Made by a program: the position numbers and the translations under genes. The notes under the pieces are model-generated. The model did no database searches, was not told the DNA's origin, and was given only the letters and a program-made list of their open reading frames with translations. From contig CAZRBB010000004.1 of NCBI GenBank assembly GCA_964598205.1, forward strand, positions 2,324-66,323: a stretch of DNA of 64,000 nt, in the 5' to 3' direction. Numbering within the stretch: the first letter of the stretch is position 1; every line of letters starts with the position of its first letter. The stretch comes from an uncultured Candidatus Saccharibacteria bacterium. Its GTDB lineage: Bacteria > Patescibacteriota > Minisyncoccia > CAIUEV01 > JAHKAQ01. This document shows positions 1 through 8,883 of the stretch, piece by piece.

Positions 1-248
1 ATAGATATTTTAAAATTCATTTCATATTCACTTATAAGAAGATAAGTAATTAGAAAACCAGACAATACAAAAAATATTGAAACACCTGTTCCTCCATTAC
101 TCATAGTGTAGAGCAGTTTTTCCCAAATAGTATTTTTAATTGGAAGATATTGATATGATGGGCTAACAGCATGTCCAAGGAAAACCATTAACGCGGCTAT
201 GAATCTAATAGAATCTAAATTTTTAAAATATAATTTGTCGTTACTCAT
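1..248 (-). CDS. Acyltransferase 3 family (OafA-like) membrane protein, truncated by window edge; probable second integron cassette
   Basis: Manual translation MSNDKLYFKNLDSIRFIAALMVFLGH...GVSIFFVLSGFLITYLL shows the LD.lR..A...V...H and GV..FFVLSGFLIT motifs. Confidence 0.85.
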   Translation of the reverse strand, partial: MSNDKLYFKNLDSIRFIAALMVFLGHAVSPSYQYLPIKNTIWEKLLYTMSNGGTGVSIFFVLSGFLITYLLISEYEMNFKIS

Positions 249-354
249 AATTGTCTTGGTCGTGTTTTTTTGCTTACCACTTTTGTTTTAGTCGAAGCGT
301 TGTTTTTTCATTTTCTGTCTGTCGGTTTATGATTGCACTGCATTTTACAATGAC

Positions 355-455
355 CGCTAACGTTTCGGCATATCTGATGTTTTGTGGAGCGTAGCGGAAC
401 AAAATATGGGTGGAGGCTTTTGTAAAAAGCCGTAACCAGATATGCCGTGTTAGCT
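355..455 (-). other. attC-like recombination site
   Basis: On the minus strand AGCTAAC-A-CGGCATATCTG...CAGATATGCCG-AAAC-GTTAGCG; AAC/GTT cores, 11-bp inner stem, lies between cassette genes. Confidence 0.75.
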
Positions 456-523
456 GATGTATTCCTTTTCTTTTTTCCGACAGCAGTCGGAATTGTTTTA
501 AAAAATTTTAAAATTTCTTTTTC
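449..523. repeat. Left arm of about 75-bp inverted repeat (partner 4167-4239)
   Basis: Reverse complement gaaaaagaaattttaaaattttttaaaacaatt-hairpin-aaaaaagaaaaggaatacatcagctaac matches 4167-4239. Confidence 0.9.
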
Positions 524-525
524 CG

Positions 526-645
526 TTTTGGATTTTGGGCAGAGGGGTCAGGGGTGAATGCCCAAAATCCAAAACACATTATTTCTTTTTCGTTTGAGAG
601 GGTGGCAAGAGGGGAACAAAAGGGGTGAATTGCCACTCTCTCAAA
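526..645. repeat. Two 16-bp-stem hairpins with shared gagggg...aggggtgaa loop
   Basis: 526-574 ttttggattttgggca/tgcccaaaatccaaaa; 593-645 tttgagagggtggcaa/ttgccactctctcaaa. Confidence 0.8.
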
Positions 646-658
646 CTCCTTATTGTAT

Positions 659-2023
659 TTAATTTGTAATCTTCATTTGTTGTTTTATTTCTCGTAAATA
701 TACAGTTGATTTTTGTTTTAATATATCCATATTGGTACTTGCAATATTTTCAAAATATTCAAAATCTTGTAATGCATCTCCCAAGTTGTTTCGTTTGAAA
801 TAACTCAAAAAACCAATCCAAAAATATAACTGTGCCTTAGGGGCTACATCGGTTAAAAGATTCAAATTAAATTTTCTTACTTCGTCTAAAGTTATTGCTT
901 CCGTTAAATAACGTTGTTGTTTTATTTTTTGACAAGTTTTCAATGCATTTTGATAATCTTCTTTCCAAAAATACAAAAATGCTTTGCTGTATCTCCACTC
1001 AAAAGTATTTTTTGCGTATTGCTCCGCTTTTTTTACACTTTTAATAGCCTCATCTATATTTTTATCAACCATAAAATCAATAATTGCTTTAAATAACCAC
1101 GCTCCATAATTATTATTATTTTCTGATAATGATTTTTCTAAAAATGTTTTTGCCTCGCTTATCCTGTTGTTTTCAAAATGCCATTTAGCTATCCACAGTG
1201 TCTCATCTGATATTAAAAGAGGAATACGATTTCGTATGTCTTGTAAATGAAGAGGCAGTGGTCGAAAAGCATTAAATTGGTCTTTTAAGCCATTGTGTAA
1301 TTTAAGAGCCAGTTGTGGATCTTGTGAGACGAAAGCGGCAATGCCGATGATGTATTTCGCGGCTAAATGTACTATCGTTGCAGAGGCTTCAAATCCTTTA
1401 AAACTTCTTTTTTCAAGAAAATTTACTTCTTTAGGCAATACTTTTGAAAAATCGATGGAAATTACTTGGCTTAAATTTTGAGGGATTGGTTTATGCACAA
1501 CATATCCTTGAAAATTTATAAAATACTTTTCGCCTTCATCACCGTCAGGTCTTTTTTTGACATCTCCCCAAACGTAGAAATGGGCTTTAATTTTTTTATT
1601 TATTATTTCTAATTTTGCTCGTGAATCGCTTGCCTCCTTAATTTGATTTGAAAAGTGGTTTTTAAGAAAAACGACTTCCGAAAAATTTAAAATGCCTTCC
1701 TGTTGTAAATCTTTTTTTAATTTGGAAATAAAATCTGCTTTCAATTTTTGTCTTTCCTTTTCGTTTTCTGAAAAAATAGCAATTACTATTCCGACTTTAT
1801 TTTTTCTGTTTCTGGGTAGGTGAAATTTATTAAATATCCAAAATCCTATCCATGATAAAAGCAATAACGAATAGATAGTTGCTCTTATTTTTAAGTCAGT
1901 AAATTGCCCCAAAAAACTATCTGCGAATACGAAAACACCAATTAAACCAATGACACCAACAAGAAGTGTTTTAACTTCTGGTAATTTTTCTTCGGTGATG
2001 TAATTAAACTTATCCCAATCCAT
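659..2023 (-). CDS. Membrane-anchored TPR-like helical repeat protein
   Basis: Two N-terminal hydrophobic helices; C-terminal TPR-like pattern (A..W..KA, AQLYFWIG, ALQDFE). Confidence 0.65.
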   Translation of the reverse strand: MDWDKFNYITEEKLPEVKTLLVGVIGLIGVFVFADSFLGQFTDLKIRATIYSLLLLSWIGFWIFNKFHLPRNRKNKVGIVIAIFSENEKERQKLKADFISKLKKDLQQEGILNFSEVVFLKNHFSNQIKEASDSRAKLEIINKKIKAHFYVWGDVKKRPDGDEGEKYFINFQGYVVHKPIPQNLSQVISIDFSKVLPKEVNFLEKRSFKGFEASATIVHLAAKYIIGIAAFVSQDPQLALKLHNGLKDQFNAFRPLPLHLQDIRNRIPLLISDETLWIAKWHFENNRISEAKTFLEKSLSENNNNYGAWLFKAIIDFMVDKNIDEAIKSVKKAEQYAKNTFEWRYSKAFLYFWKEDYQNALKTCQKIKQQRYLTEAITLDEVRKFNLNLLTDVAPKAQLYFWIGFLSYFKRNNLGDALQDFEYFENIASTNMDILKQKSTVYLREIKQQMKITN

Positions 2024-2058
2024 ATTTTATTACGTTTTTTGTCTTTTGTAAAAATTCT

Positions 2059-3075
2059 TTATTTTAAAGTTTTCAAGACTTTGAGCGTTAGGTCTTTTAC
2101 TGAATAAATGCCTTTCATTTTTTGTAAAAACTCTCTAGCACAATATATCTCATCGGCAACAAATATGTGTATGTTATGATTTAAAATACTCTTTGCTTTT
2201 TCTTCGTTTAGGTCTAGTCCTAGTGTTATTTCAATCATTACATCAATTTTGCTCATTTGAGCTGTCTTTATAAACTGTTTATACCTTTCTCTTAGTGTTC
2301 TTTTTGCACCAATTCCAAAAGTACGACCACCAAGCTCGAAAAAGAAGTCGAATTCCGTGCTAGAATCATCTTTGTCGTGAACTTTTTTAATATTTTTTTC
2401 TGGTATTCCTATTTTAGTTAAAACTGATAAAATTCTGTCTTCATAATCTGTCCCAGAATCAGAAATGATTGATTGATTAATGCTTTCCGAAAACATAAGC
2501 ATAAAAATTTGGTTTGGCTCAACCCCATTCTTTTTCAGCTTAATAGCAAATTTAGACAAATTATTAATAAAGCTATGAGCGTCAGATGACATAAAATTTG
2601 TTTTACCTGCCTCTAACTGCGAGAAAAACAATAAAGCCAATAATGCGCCGTTAACTCTGGTTGCGTAGGGTCTATATACTGAAATTTTATCGTAACTTAA
2701 TGACAGCGGATCAAGTCTGTCTAAATCGGAAACTCCGATAACATCAGTTAATTTAGCCTCTTGTAGTAGTAAATCTTTTATCAAGTATAATTTTAAGCTA
2801 AAAGCAAACAGGTCTAGGTCTACTTTGTTTTCAAGAGTTTCAATAATTGTAAATAAAATATTTTGCTTATCCTGTCCTACGATTTGCGATATCAAACCCT
2901 CGAACTTTTCATTGCAAGTTTCAATTTTTGAAGATTTGAATAAAACATATGTCTCCAAAAACTGCAGAGCCTGTTTTTCTGAAAGTTTTGATTTCACTAA
3001 ATGTTTTAATAAAAAGTAAAATTTTAAATTTATATCAAATTTACCTTTCGTAATTTGTAGTTTGTTGATTTTCAT
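2059..3075 (-). CDS. Type II restriction endonuclease, EcoRII-C/SsoII/PspGI-like PD-(D/E)xK domain
   Basis: EFDFFF...GAKRTLRERYKQ (KxxxRER motif); 11 bp downstream of the C5 MTase. Confidence 0.75.
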   Translation of the reverse strand: MKINKLQITKGKFDINLKFYFLLKHLVKSKLSEKQALQFLETYVLFKSSKIETCNEKFEGLISQIVGQDKQNILFTIIETLENKVDLDLFAFSLKLYLIKDLLLQEAKLTDVIGVSDLDRLDPLSLSYDKISVYRPYATRVNGALLALLFFSQLEAGKTNFMSSDAHSFINNLSKFAIKLKKNGVEPNQIFMLMFSESINQSIISDSGTDYEDRILSVLTKIGIPEKNIKKVHDKDDSSTEFDFFFELGGRTFGIGAKRTLRERYKQFIKTAQMSKIDVMIEITLGLDLNEEKAKSILNHNIHIFVADEIYCAREFLQKMKGIYSVKDLTLKVLKTLK

Positions 3076-3086
3076 AGATTTTTTTA

Positions 3087-4064
3087 TTAAGTAATTGCTT
3101 TTTTAATAGCTTGTGCAAGTGCTGTGATAACGGGTACAGCAACACTATTTCCAAATTGTTTATATGCTTGAGTGTCGCTCACGGGTATTTTAAAATTTTC
3201 TGGATAACCTTGAAGTCTTGCTGCTTCTCTCGGCGTCACTTTTCGAGGATTTTTATTTTTTTGTTCTATTAAAATTTCAGAGCCATCTTTGTAGTATCTA
3301 GCTGATATTGTACTTGTGTATTCAGAATCTTCAGTAAACATGGAATAACCAAATCCGTTGCCTTTCTCTTTATGTTCTTTTTTTCTTCTTTGGTGACCAG
3401 CCCATAATTTGTCAGAAAGAGTATATTTCTTGTCTACCTTTTTTTCTAAAATATTACCCAACTTTGTTTTTACTCCTATAGCTTCTGGAAATTTAAAGTC
3501 CACCTCATCTAAAAAACCAATAATATATATTCTCTCTCTATTTTGTGGGACACCAAAATCTTTTGCATTTAAAATTTTTGTAAAAATTTTATACCCCATA
3601 TCCTCTAAAGTTTTCTTTATTACTTCAAAGGTGTTCCCTTTGTCATGGTTTTTAAATCCTTTTACATTTTCCAAAAAAACTACCCTTGGCTTATGATGTT
3701 TAATAATTCTGGCTATGTCAAAAAAAAGTGTTCCCCTTGAATCTTCAAAACCTTTTTTTAGTCCGGCATTTGAAAATGGCTGGCATGGAAAACCTGCACA
3801 CAAAATATCAAATTTTGGTATATTTTTTTCTTTGACTTTTATTATGTCACCTTCAAAAAGATTCTCACCTTTTGAAAACAATCCTTCTTCAAAAATACTT
3901 GGCGATAAATCTTTGTAGTTTTCTATGTAAGTTTTTCTTGCTTGTTCATCCCATTCAGATGCAAAAACACAATCACAACCGACACTGTGAAATGCTGTAT
4001 GAAAACCGCCTATGCCAGCGAATAAATCTATAAATGTTAGTTGTGGTTTTTTTGGATTGGACAT
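3087..4064 (-). CDS. dcm: DNA (cytosine-5)-methyltransferase, Dcm/EcoRII/SsoII-like
   Basis: FAGIGG, GFPCQ, ENV, QNRER, YKQFGNSV; target recognition domain GNGFGY...TISARYYKDGSEILI. Confidence 0.95.
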   Translation of the reverse strand: MSNPKKPQLTFIDLFAGIGGFHTAFHSVGCDCVFASEWDEQARKTYIENYKDLSPSIFEEGLFSKGENLFEGDIIKVKEKNIPKFDILCAGFPCQPFSNAGLKKGFEDSRGTLFFDIARIIKHHKPRVVFLENVKGFKNHDKGNTFEVIKKTLEDMGYKIFTKILNAKDFGVPQNRERIYIIGFLDEVDFKFPEAIGVKTKLGNILEKKVDKKYTLSDKLWAGHQRRKKEHKEKGNGFGYSMFTEDSEYTSTISARYYKDGSEILIEQKNKNPRKVTPREAARLQGYPENFKIPVSDTQAYKQFGNSVAVPVITALAQAIKKAIT

Positions 4065-4166
4065 ATATCAAATTAAGTCAAAATTATTATATTCGTTTTC
4101 CCCTTATAAATAAATCGTTTTCGTAGCGGAGCGGAGAAAACACCTTATTACCCCTCTTTAATTAAT

Positions 4167-4239
4167 GAAAAAGAAATTTTAAAATTTTTTAAAATAATTG
4201 GGCGATAGCCCAAAAAAGAAAAGGAATATTTCAGCTAAC
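4167..4239. repeat. Right arm of about 75-bp inverted repeat, ending at the attI core
   Basis: Matches the reverse complement of 449-523, but with a different internal hairpin (gggcgatagccc vs ccgactgctgtcgg). Confidence 0.9.
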
Positions 4240-4298
4240 TCGTTGTTATGCGAACTTACTGGCGGATAATGGGTGGGGATTGTATGTTAGGCGAATTA
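4233..4298 (-). other. attI-like site with possible accessory direct repeat
   Basis: Minus strand GCATAAC-aacga-GTTAGCT (inverted cores, 5-bp spacer); gttatgcgaac (4246) and gttaggcgaat (4286) form a direct repeat just upstream of the integrase. Confidence 0.65.
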
Positions 4299-4360
4299 AT
4301 TTATTTTTTATTGGGGTTCTTTTTAGAATGATTTTATTGGTGCTAGTGTAGCATATTTTT

Positions 4361-5179
4361 ATGAATCTGGACGATCTTTTGGGGAGAATTAGAAGAGAAT
4401 TAAAGTTGCGGAATTATAGCTCCAAAACGATCAAAAGTTATTTGGGTTGTTTGGTTGATTATTTTCGGTACCTTAAAAATATTAAAAGAGAACCAAATAT
4501 TGAGTTGATAAAAGATTATTTGTCCAAAAAGCAAGAAAGGGGACAGTCTTCGCAAACGATCAATCTCTATTTGAATGCTATTAAGTATTTTTATAGAGAA
4601 GTTTTTAAAAGTAGAACAAGTATTGATCTTAAATTTGCCAAGAGATCAAAGAAATTGCCGGTGGTTTTATCTAGAAAAGAAATTAAAAAAATAATCGAAT
4701 CAATTAAAAATAAAAAGCATAGATTATTAATTGCTCTTTCTTATAGTGGGGGACTAAGGGTGAGTGAAGTAACGAATTTAAAAATAGGAGATCTAGATTT
4801 GGAAGAACTAACAATTCATATTAAGAATGGAAAAGGAAAAAAAGATAGAATGACTATTTTTTCTGAAAGAATAAAAATTGATTTGGAGAAAATAAGTAAT
4901 AGAAGAATAGGGAATGCTTTGGTTTTTGAAAGTAACAGGGGTGGAAAATTAACCGAAAGATCGGTTCAAAAAGTTTTTAAAAAGGCGATCAAAAAAGCGG
5001 AAATAAAAAAGGAGGCAACTTTCCATTCGCTTCGGCATAGTTTTGCCACTCATCTTTTAGAAGACGGGGTGGATATTCGGTTCGTTCAAGAATTATTGGG
5101 GCACGCCAATATTCGGACTACTCAAATTTATACTCAGGTAAACAGCTCAAGGTTGAAAAAAATAAAAAGCCCTTTGTAG
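4361..5179 (+). CDS. Integron-type tyrosine recombinase (SAM_4-like N-terminus, short, no obvious IntI insertion)
   Basis: LRNYSSKTIKSY N-terminus; GLRVSE, GKGKK, HSLRHSFATH, LLGH, TTQIY catalytic residues; divergent from attI and cassettes. Confidence 0.85.
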   Translation: MNLDDLLGRIRRELKLRNYSSKTIKSYLGCLVDYFRYLKNIKREPNIELIKDYLSKKQERGQSSQTINLYLNAIKYFYREVFKSRTSIDLKFAKRSKKLPVVLSRKEIKKIIESIKNKKHRLLIALSYSGGLRVSEVTNLKIGDLDLEELTIHIKNGKGKKDRMTIFSERIKIDLEKISNRRIGNALVFESNRGGKLTERSVQKVFKKAIKKAEIKKEATFHSLRHSFATHLLEDGVDIRFVQELLGHANIRTTQIYTQVNSSRLKKIKSPL

Positions 5180-5277
5180 GCTTGGGTTTTGGGAAATGGA
5201 TTGGCGATTTTTATTTTAGGTCTTTTAATAGTCTGTTTGTAAGAGTTTGGTTTTTATTTTTTTTGGTTATTTGTTTT

Positions 5278-5964
5278 TTATTGGATTATTGACCAGCCAC
5301 CGCTTGTTAGTGCTGGAAACATTTTGTATTTACCTATTTCTTTTTGAATGTGCCAGTGCCCGCAAATAACGCTATCTACTTCTGGTCCATCTTCAACTTC
5401 TTTTAAGCGCTTCATTTGTTCTGGTACTTCTTCTGTGTTTTTAACGAATGGGGGATGATGCTGAAGTATTAAAACTCTTTTATCTGTTTTAATAACATTT
5501 TTTAACCATTCCAATTGGGTTTCCGAAACTCCTCCATTGTATCCTGCTTGTTCGTTAGTATCTAAAACAATAATTCTGTCGTTTCCAGTATCTTCGTAAT
5601 AGTATCCGCTTTGTTCTATTCCGTGATTTCCTTTTAACCAAAATACTTTTAGTTTTGATTTGGTGGCTATTTTTTTTAATTCCTTGTTTCTTTTGCTGTC
5701 TTTTTTGTCCGTGCTGTCTCCAAGAATAAAAACTACTTCTTCTCCTCTTGTTTTTAATTCTTTTAAGGCAGCCTTAAAAGAATTAGCTCCATTTTTAGGA
5801 TAAATAGTAGGAAAACCAGTGCATTTTTTAGTATTTGCTTTTCCGTAATGAATATCGGCAATTACCCCATAAGCCAGAGTGGTTTGGGGAATTAGTAAGA
5901 GGAATAGAAATACAGCGTATTTTATTTTATTCAAAAGATATTCAATTTGATTCGGCCGGATCAT
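5278..5964 (-). CDS. Exported metallophosphoesterase (calcineurin-like); start placed downstream of tRNA-Asp
   Basis: DIH, GD, GNH, HH, GHWH motifs; signal-like segment. Confidence 0.85.
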   Translation of the reverse strand: MIRPNQIEYLLNKIKYAVFLFLLLIPQTTLAYGVIADIHYGKANTKKCTGFPTIYPKNGANSFKAALKELKTRGEEVVFILGDSTDKKDSKRNKELKKIATKSKLKVFWLKGNHGIEQSGYYYEDTGNDRIIVLDTNEQAGYNGGVSETQLEWLKNVIKTDKRVLILQHHPPFVKNTEEVPEQMKRLKEVEDGPEVDSVICGHWHIQKEIGKYKMFPALTSGGWSIIQ

Positions 5965-5998
5965 GATTATTGTTTGGCTATAAATGGAGATTTTTCTC

Positions 5999-6075
5999 TG
6001 GCGGGGACGACGGGGCTCGAACCCGCGACCTTCTGCGTGACAGGCAGACGCTCTAACCAACTGAGCTACGTCCCC
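5999..6075 (-). tRNA. tRNA-Asp(GTC)
   Basis: GGGGACGTAGCTCAGTTGGTTAGAGC...CTGTCAC...GGTTCGAGCC...CCA cloverleaf. Confidence 0.97.
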
Positions 6076-6330
6076 GTAAATTGTGCGGAGATTCTTTTTT
6101 TTACCTTCTTTTACCTTTTTGTGCAAGCAAAATTGATTTAAAAATAACGAATTTATTTGCGGTTTATTTTTGACTTTGTTCTTGGCTTTAGGTGTTTATA
6201 ATTATTCAATCTTTGATTTTACAATTTTTTTAAATTAACGAATTATAAAGAGTTGCATATAAAATTAAGAAAAATTCGTATTATTAGTGAGGTTTTGGCT
6301 TTTTTTGTTGATTGCTAAATAATTATTGGA

Positions 6331-6897
6331 ATGAATAGGAAATATTTTAAAGTTTGGGTTTTGGGATTGGTTTTTATTTTTTTAATTCCTTCTTTTGCTT
6401 TGGCGGCTACGACTTGTCCGTACGGATTAACTAATGATTCGTATCCTGGAGAATGCGGAAGGTATGTTGATCAAGATAAAAACGGGGTTTGCGATTTAAG
6501 CCAAGTTGCAGTAAATACTTCTAACAACCAGCCAGAAACAAAAAACGAAAACGAAGTCTTGATACCAGAAAAAAGAAAAATAAAAGCAATCTATAATTTC
6601 TTACCGCTTTCTTTAGTTCTTTTGATTGCTTACGGAATAACTTATTTATTGGCTGGGAAGAAAATAATAAGCTTGGTTTGGCATCGTCGGATTTGGAATT
6701 TGGTTTTGCTTTTTTCTTTTTTGGCTTCGGGATTGTTGGGAATTTTTTTGGTGTTGAAAATAAATTACGGTTTTAATTGGAATTGGCCACTTAACATACT
6801 TTATTGGCATGTGGAAACAGGAATCTCAATGGTGGTTGTTTCTATTTTTCATATTAGTTGGCACTTAAAATATTATGCTTGTGGTTTTTCTTTTTAA
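6331..6897 (+). CDS. Membrane protein with Cys motif (CPYG..ND.YPG.CGRYVD...NG.CD), DUF4405-like
   Basis: Signal peptide, three Cys, three TM helices with His residues. Confidence 0.55.
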   Translation: MNRKYFKVWVLGLVFIFLIPSFALAATTCPYGLTNDSYPGECGRYVDQDKNGVCDLSQVAVNTSNNQPETKNENEVLIPEKRKIKAIYNFLPLSLVLLIAYGITYLLAGKKIISLVWHRRIWNLVLLFSFLASGLLGIFLVLKINYGFNWNWPLNILYWHVETGISMVVVSIFHISWHLKYYACGFSF

Positions 6898-7003
6898 TTT
6901 TTAAGAAGCGTTGGCGTTTGATTTTGACGCTATTTTTTTAGAAGGAAAAAAGCTAGAATGGGGTTAGGAAAGATAAAAAATAAATAATCATTAAAAAATA
7001 ATT

Positions 7004-7588
7004 ATGGAAAAAACATTGAACAATTTGGCTAACGCTTTTATTGGTGAATCGCAAGCAAGAAATCGTTATGATTTTTTTGCCAGTACGGCCAGGAAAGAAG
7101 GGATGGAGCAGGTAGCGGAGATTTTTGTCTTAACTGCCAGCCAGGAAAAGCAACACGCCAAGCAGATTATGAAGATGATGCTAGAAATTTTAGCTAAGAA
7201 TTCCGAATTAAAAAATCCGGTAAAGGCGGAATCAGAAGTGGCGGTGATTTTAGGAACTACTGCAGATAATTTGGCACACGCTATTGCCGGAGAAAACCAC
7301 GAGCATACGGCAATGTATCCGGAATTTGCCAAAACCGCCGAAGAAGAAGGCTTGCCAGAGATGGCGGCAAGGATTCGGTCAATTGCTAAGGCCGAAGAAC
7401 ATCACGAGGAACGCTACGGGAAAATTTTAGAACAGATAAAAAACGGTTCCCTATTTAAAAAAGAAGAGGAAGTGGAGTGGACTTGTCGGGAGTGTGGCTA
7501 TGTTCATAAAGGAAAAGAAGCGCCAGAAATTTGCCCTTCTTGTTCTCATGCTCAAGCTTTTTATCAGTTAAAATGCGAGGAGTACTAA
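7004..7588 (+). CDS. rbr: Rubrerythrin
   Basis: GESQA, EKQHA, EEHH diiron motifs; C-terminal CRECG...CPSC. Confidence 0.95.
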   Translation: MEKTLNNLANAFIGESQARNRYDFFASTARKEGMEQVAEIFVLTASQEKQHAKQIMKMMLEILAKNSELKNPVKAESEVAVILGTTADNLAHAIAGENHEHTAMYPEFAKTAEEEGLPEMAARIRSIAKAEEHHEERYGKILEQIKNGSLFKKEEEVEWTCRECGYVHKGKEAPEICPSCSHAQAFYQLKCEEY

Positions 7589-7692
7589 GATTATAATAAT
7601 TTTGGTGATCAGTATTTTTTGTTAAGACCAAGTTTTATTTACTCGTTGTGGCTTGGGTTGTATAGATAAAAATAATAAATAATTTAAACAAA

Positions 7693-8082
7693 ATGACCGA
7701 ATTTAAACAGCTTTATAGGTGCAGTATCTGTGGGAATATTACCGAGGCGTTACATCCGGGAGAAGGGGAATTAGTTTGTTGCGGGAAGCCAATGGAATTA
7801 CAAGTGGTGCACACGGAGAAAGATGAAGGCCAAGAGAAACATGTGCCGGTGCGGGTTGGTCGAGTAGTGAAAGTGGGGGAAGTGGCTCATCCAATGGAAG
7901 AAAACCACTTTATTGAATGGATAGAAAAAGTCTCTATTTCTGGAAAATATGCTCGTAAACATTTAAAACCGGGAGAAGCTCCAGAGGTTCCTTTTGGTAA
8001 CAGGGGAGGAGAAATTTTGCGTTGCTACTGCAATGTTCATGGACTTTGGGAAAACAACAAAGCGGATCATAGAAAATCCTAA
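7693..8082 (+). CDS. dfx: Desulfoferrodoxin / superoxide reductase
   Basis: CSICG...CCG, EKHVP, HPM...HFI, CNVHG. Confidence 0.95.
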   Translation: MTEFKQLYRCSICGNITEALHPGEGELVCCGKPMELQVVHTEKDEGQEKHVPVRVGRVVKVGEVAHPMEENHFIEWIEKVSISGKYARKHLKPGEAPEVPFGNRGGEILRCYCNVHGLWENNKADHRKS

Positions 8083-8084
8083 AT

Positions 8085-8822
8085 TTAATTGGAGGCTTTA
8101 ATTCTGATTGTTTGGCGGGCAATGGTGATTGCCTCTATGTTTTTGAATCCTGCCCGAAAAAGAACACTGGCGCAGGCTTTTAAGGTGGCGCCGGTGGTGA
8201 GAATGTCGTCTATTAAAATAATAGTTTGAGAAAAAAAATGCGGATTACAAAAGCGTTGATTAACCAAGAAACAGTCTTTAAGGTTTTTTAATCTTTGTTT
8301 TTTATTTTTAGTTTTGGCTTGAGGTGGTGTTTCTTTTGTTTTTAAAAGAAGGTTGGAAGCCAAGGGGATTTTGGTTTTAAGACTTAAATTCTTGGCAATT
8401 TTTTGTGATTGATTAAAACCTCTTTGTTTTTCTTTTTTAGAAGTTAGCGGAACAGGAACTAAAAGCACTGGTGATTTTGAGCAAAGAATTTTTTGGCAAG
8501 CTGGATGATAAAAAATAATTTGGGCTAAATCGCGAGCAATTAGAAAAGCTTTTTGGTATTTTAAAATATGAATTGCTTCTTTAATAGCTGAGTTAGTGTA
8601 AAAAAAAGCGGTGACGACTTTTTTTAGAAAAAATTTATGTTGGCAATCTGGGCAGAGCTTGCCACCAGAAGATGACCGACCGCAAAAAATACAAAAACTA
8701 TTTGGGTAGAGTTCTAATTTACTGGCGCAGTTGGGACAGAAGTAGAAATGGGGCTTTCCACAACGAAAACAATTAATCGGCAAAAAACAATCCAGGAGGA
8801 TTTTTTTTATTTTTAATAACAT
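8085..8822 (-). CDS. comF: ComF family protein (zinc ribbon plus PRTase)
   Basis: CxxC pairs, RGFNQ, LIDDILTTGAT. Confidence 0.92.
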   Translation of the reverse strand: MLLKIKKILLDCFLPINCFRCGKPHFYFCPNCASKLELYPNSFCIFCGRSSSGGKLCPDCQHKFFLKKVVTAFFYTNSAIKEAIHILKYQKAFLIARDLAQIIFYHPACQKILCSKSPVLLVPVPLTSKKEKQRGFNQSQKIAKNLSLKTKIPLASNLLLKTKETPPQAKTKNKKQRLKNLKDCFLVNQRFCNPHFFSQTIILIDDILTTGATLKACASVLFRAGFKNIEAITIARQTIRIKASN

Positions 8823-8883
8823 GGCTTTATTCTAAAAGAGAAAGATAAAGCCCAATTAAAAAAGTATTAAATTTTTTCTAAAC

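Noticed and set aside
4361-6075. Prophage or island integrated at tRNA-Asp
   Set aside because: No duplicated tRNA 3' end or phage genes seen; attI/attC geometry fits better
5965-6126. N-terminal extension of the phosphoesterase ORF
   Set aside because: Overlaps tRNA-Asp on the same strand
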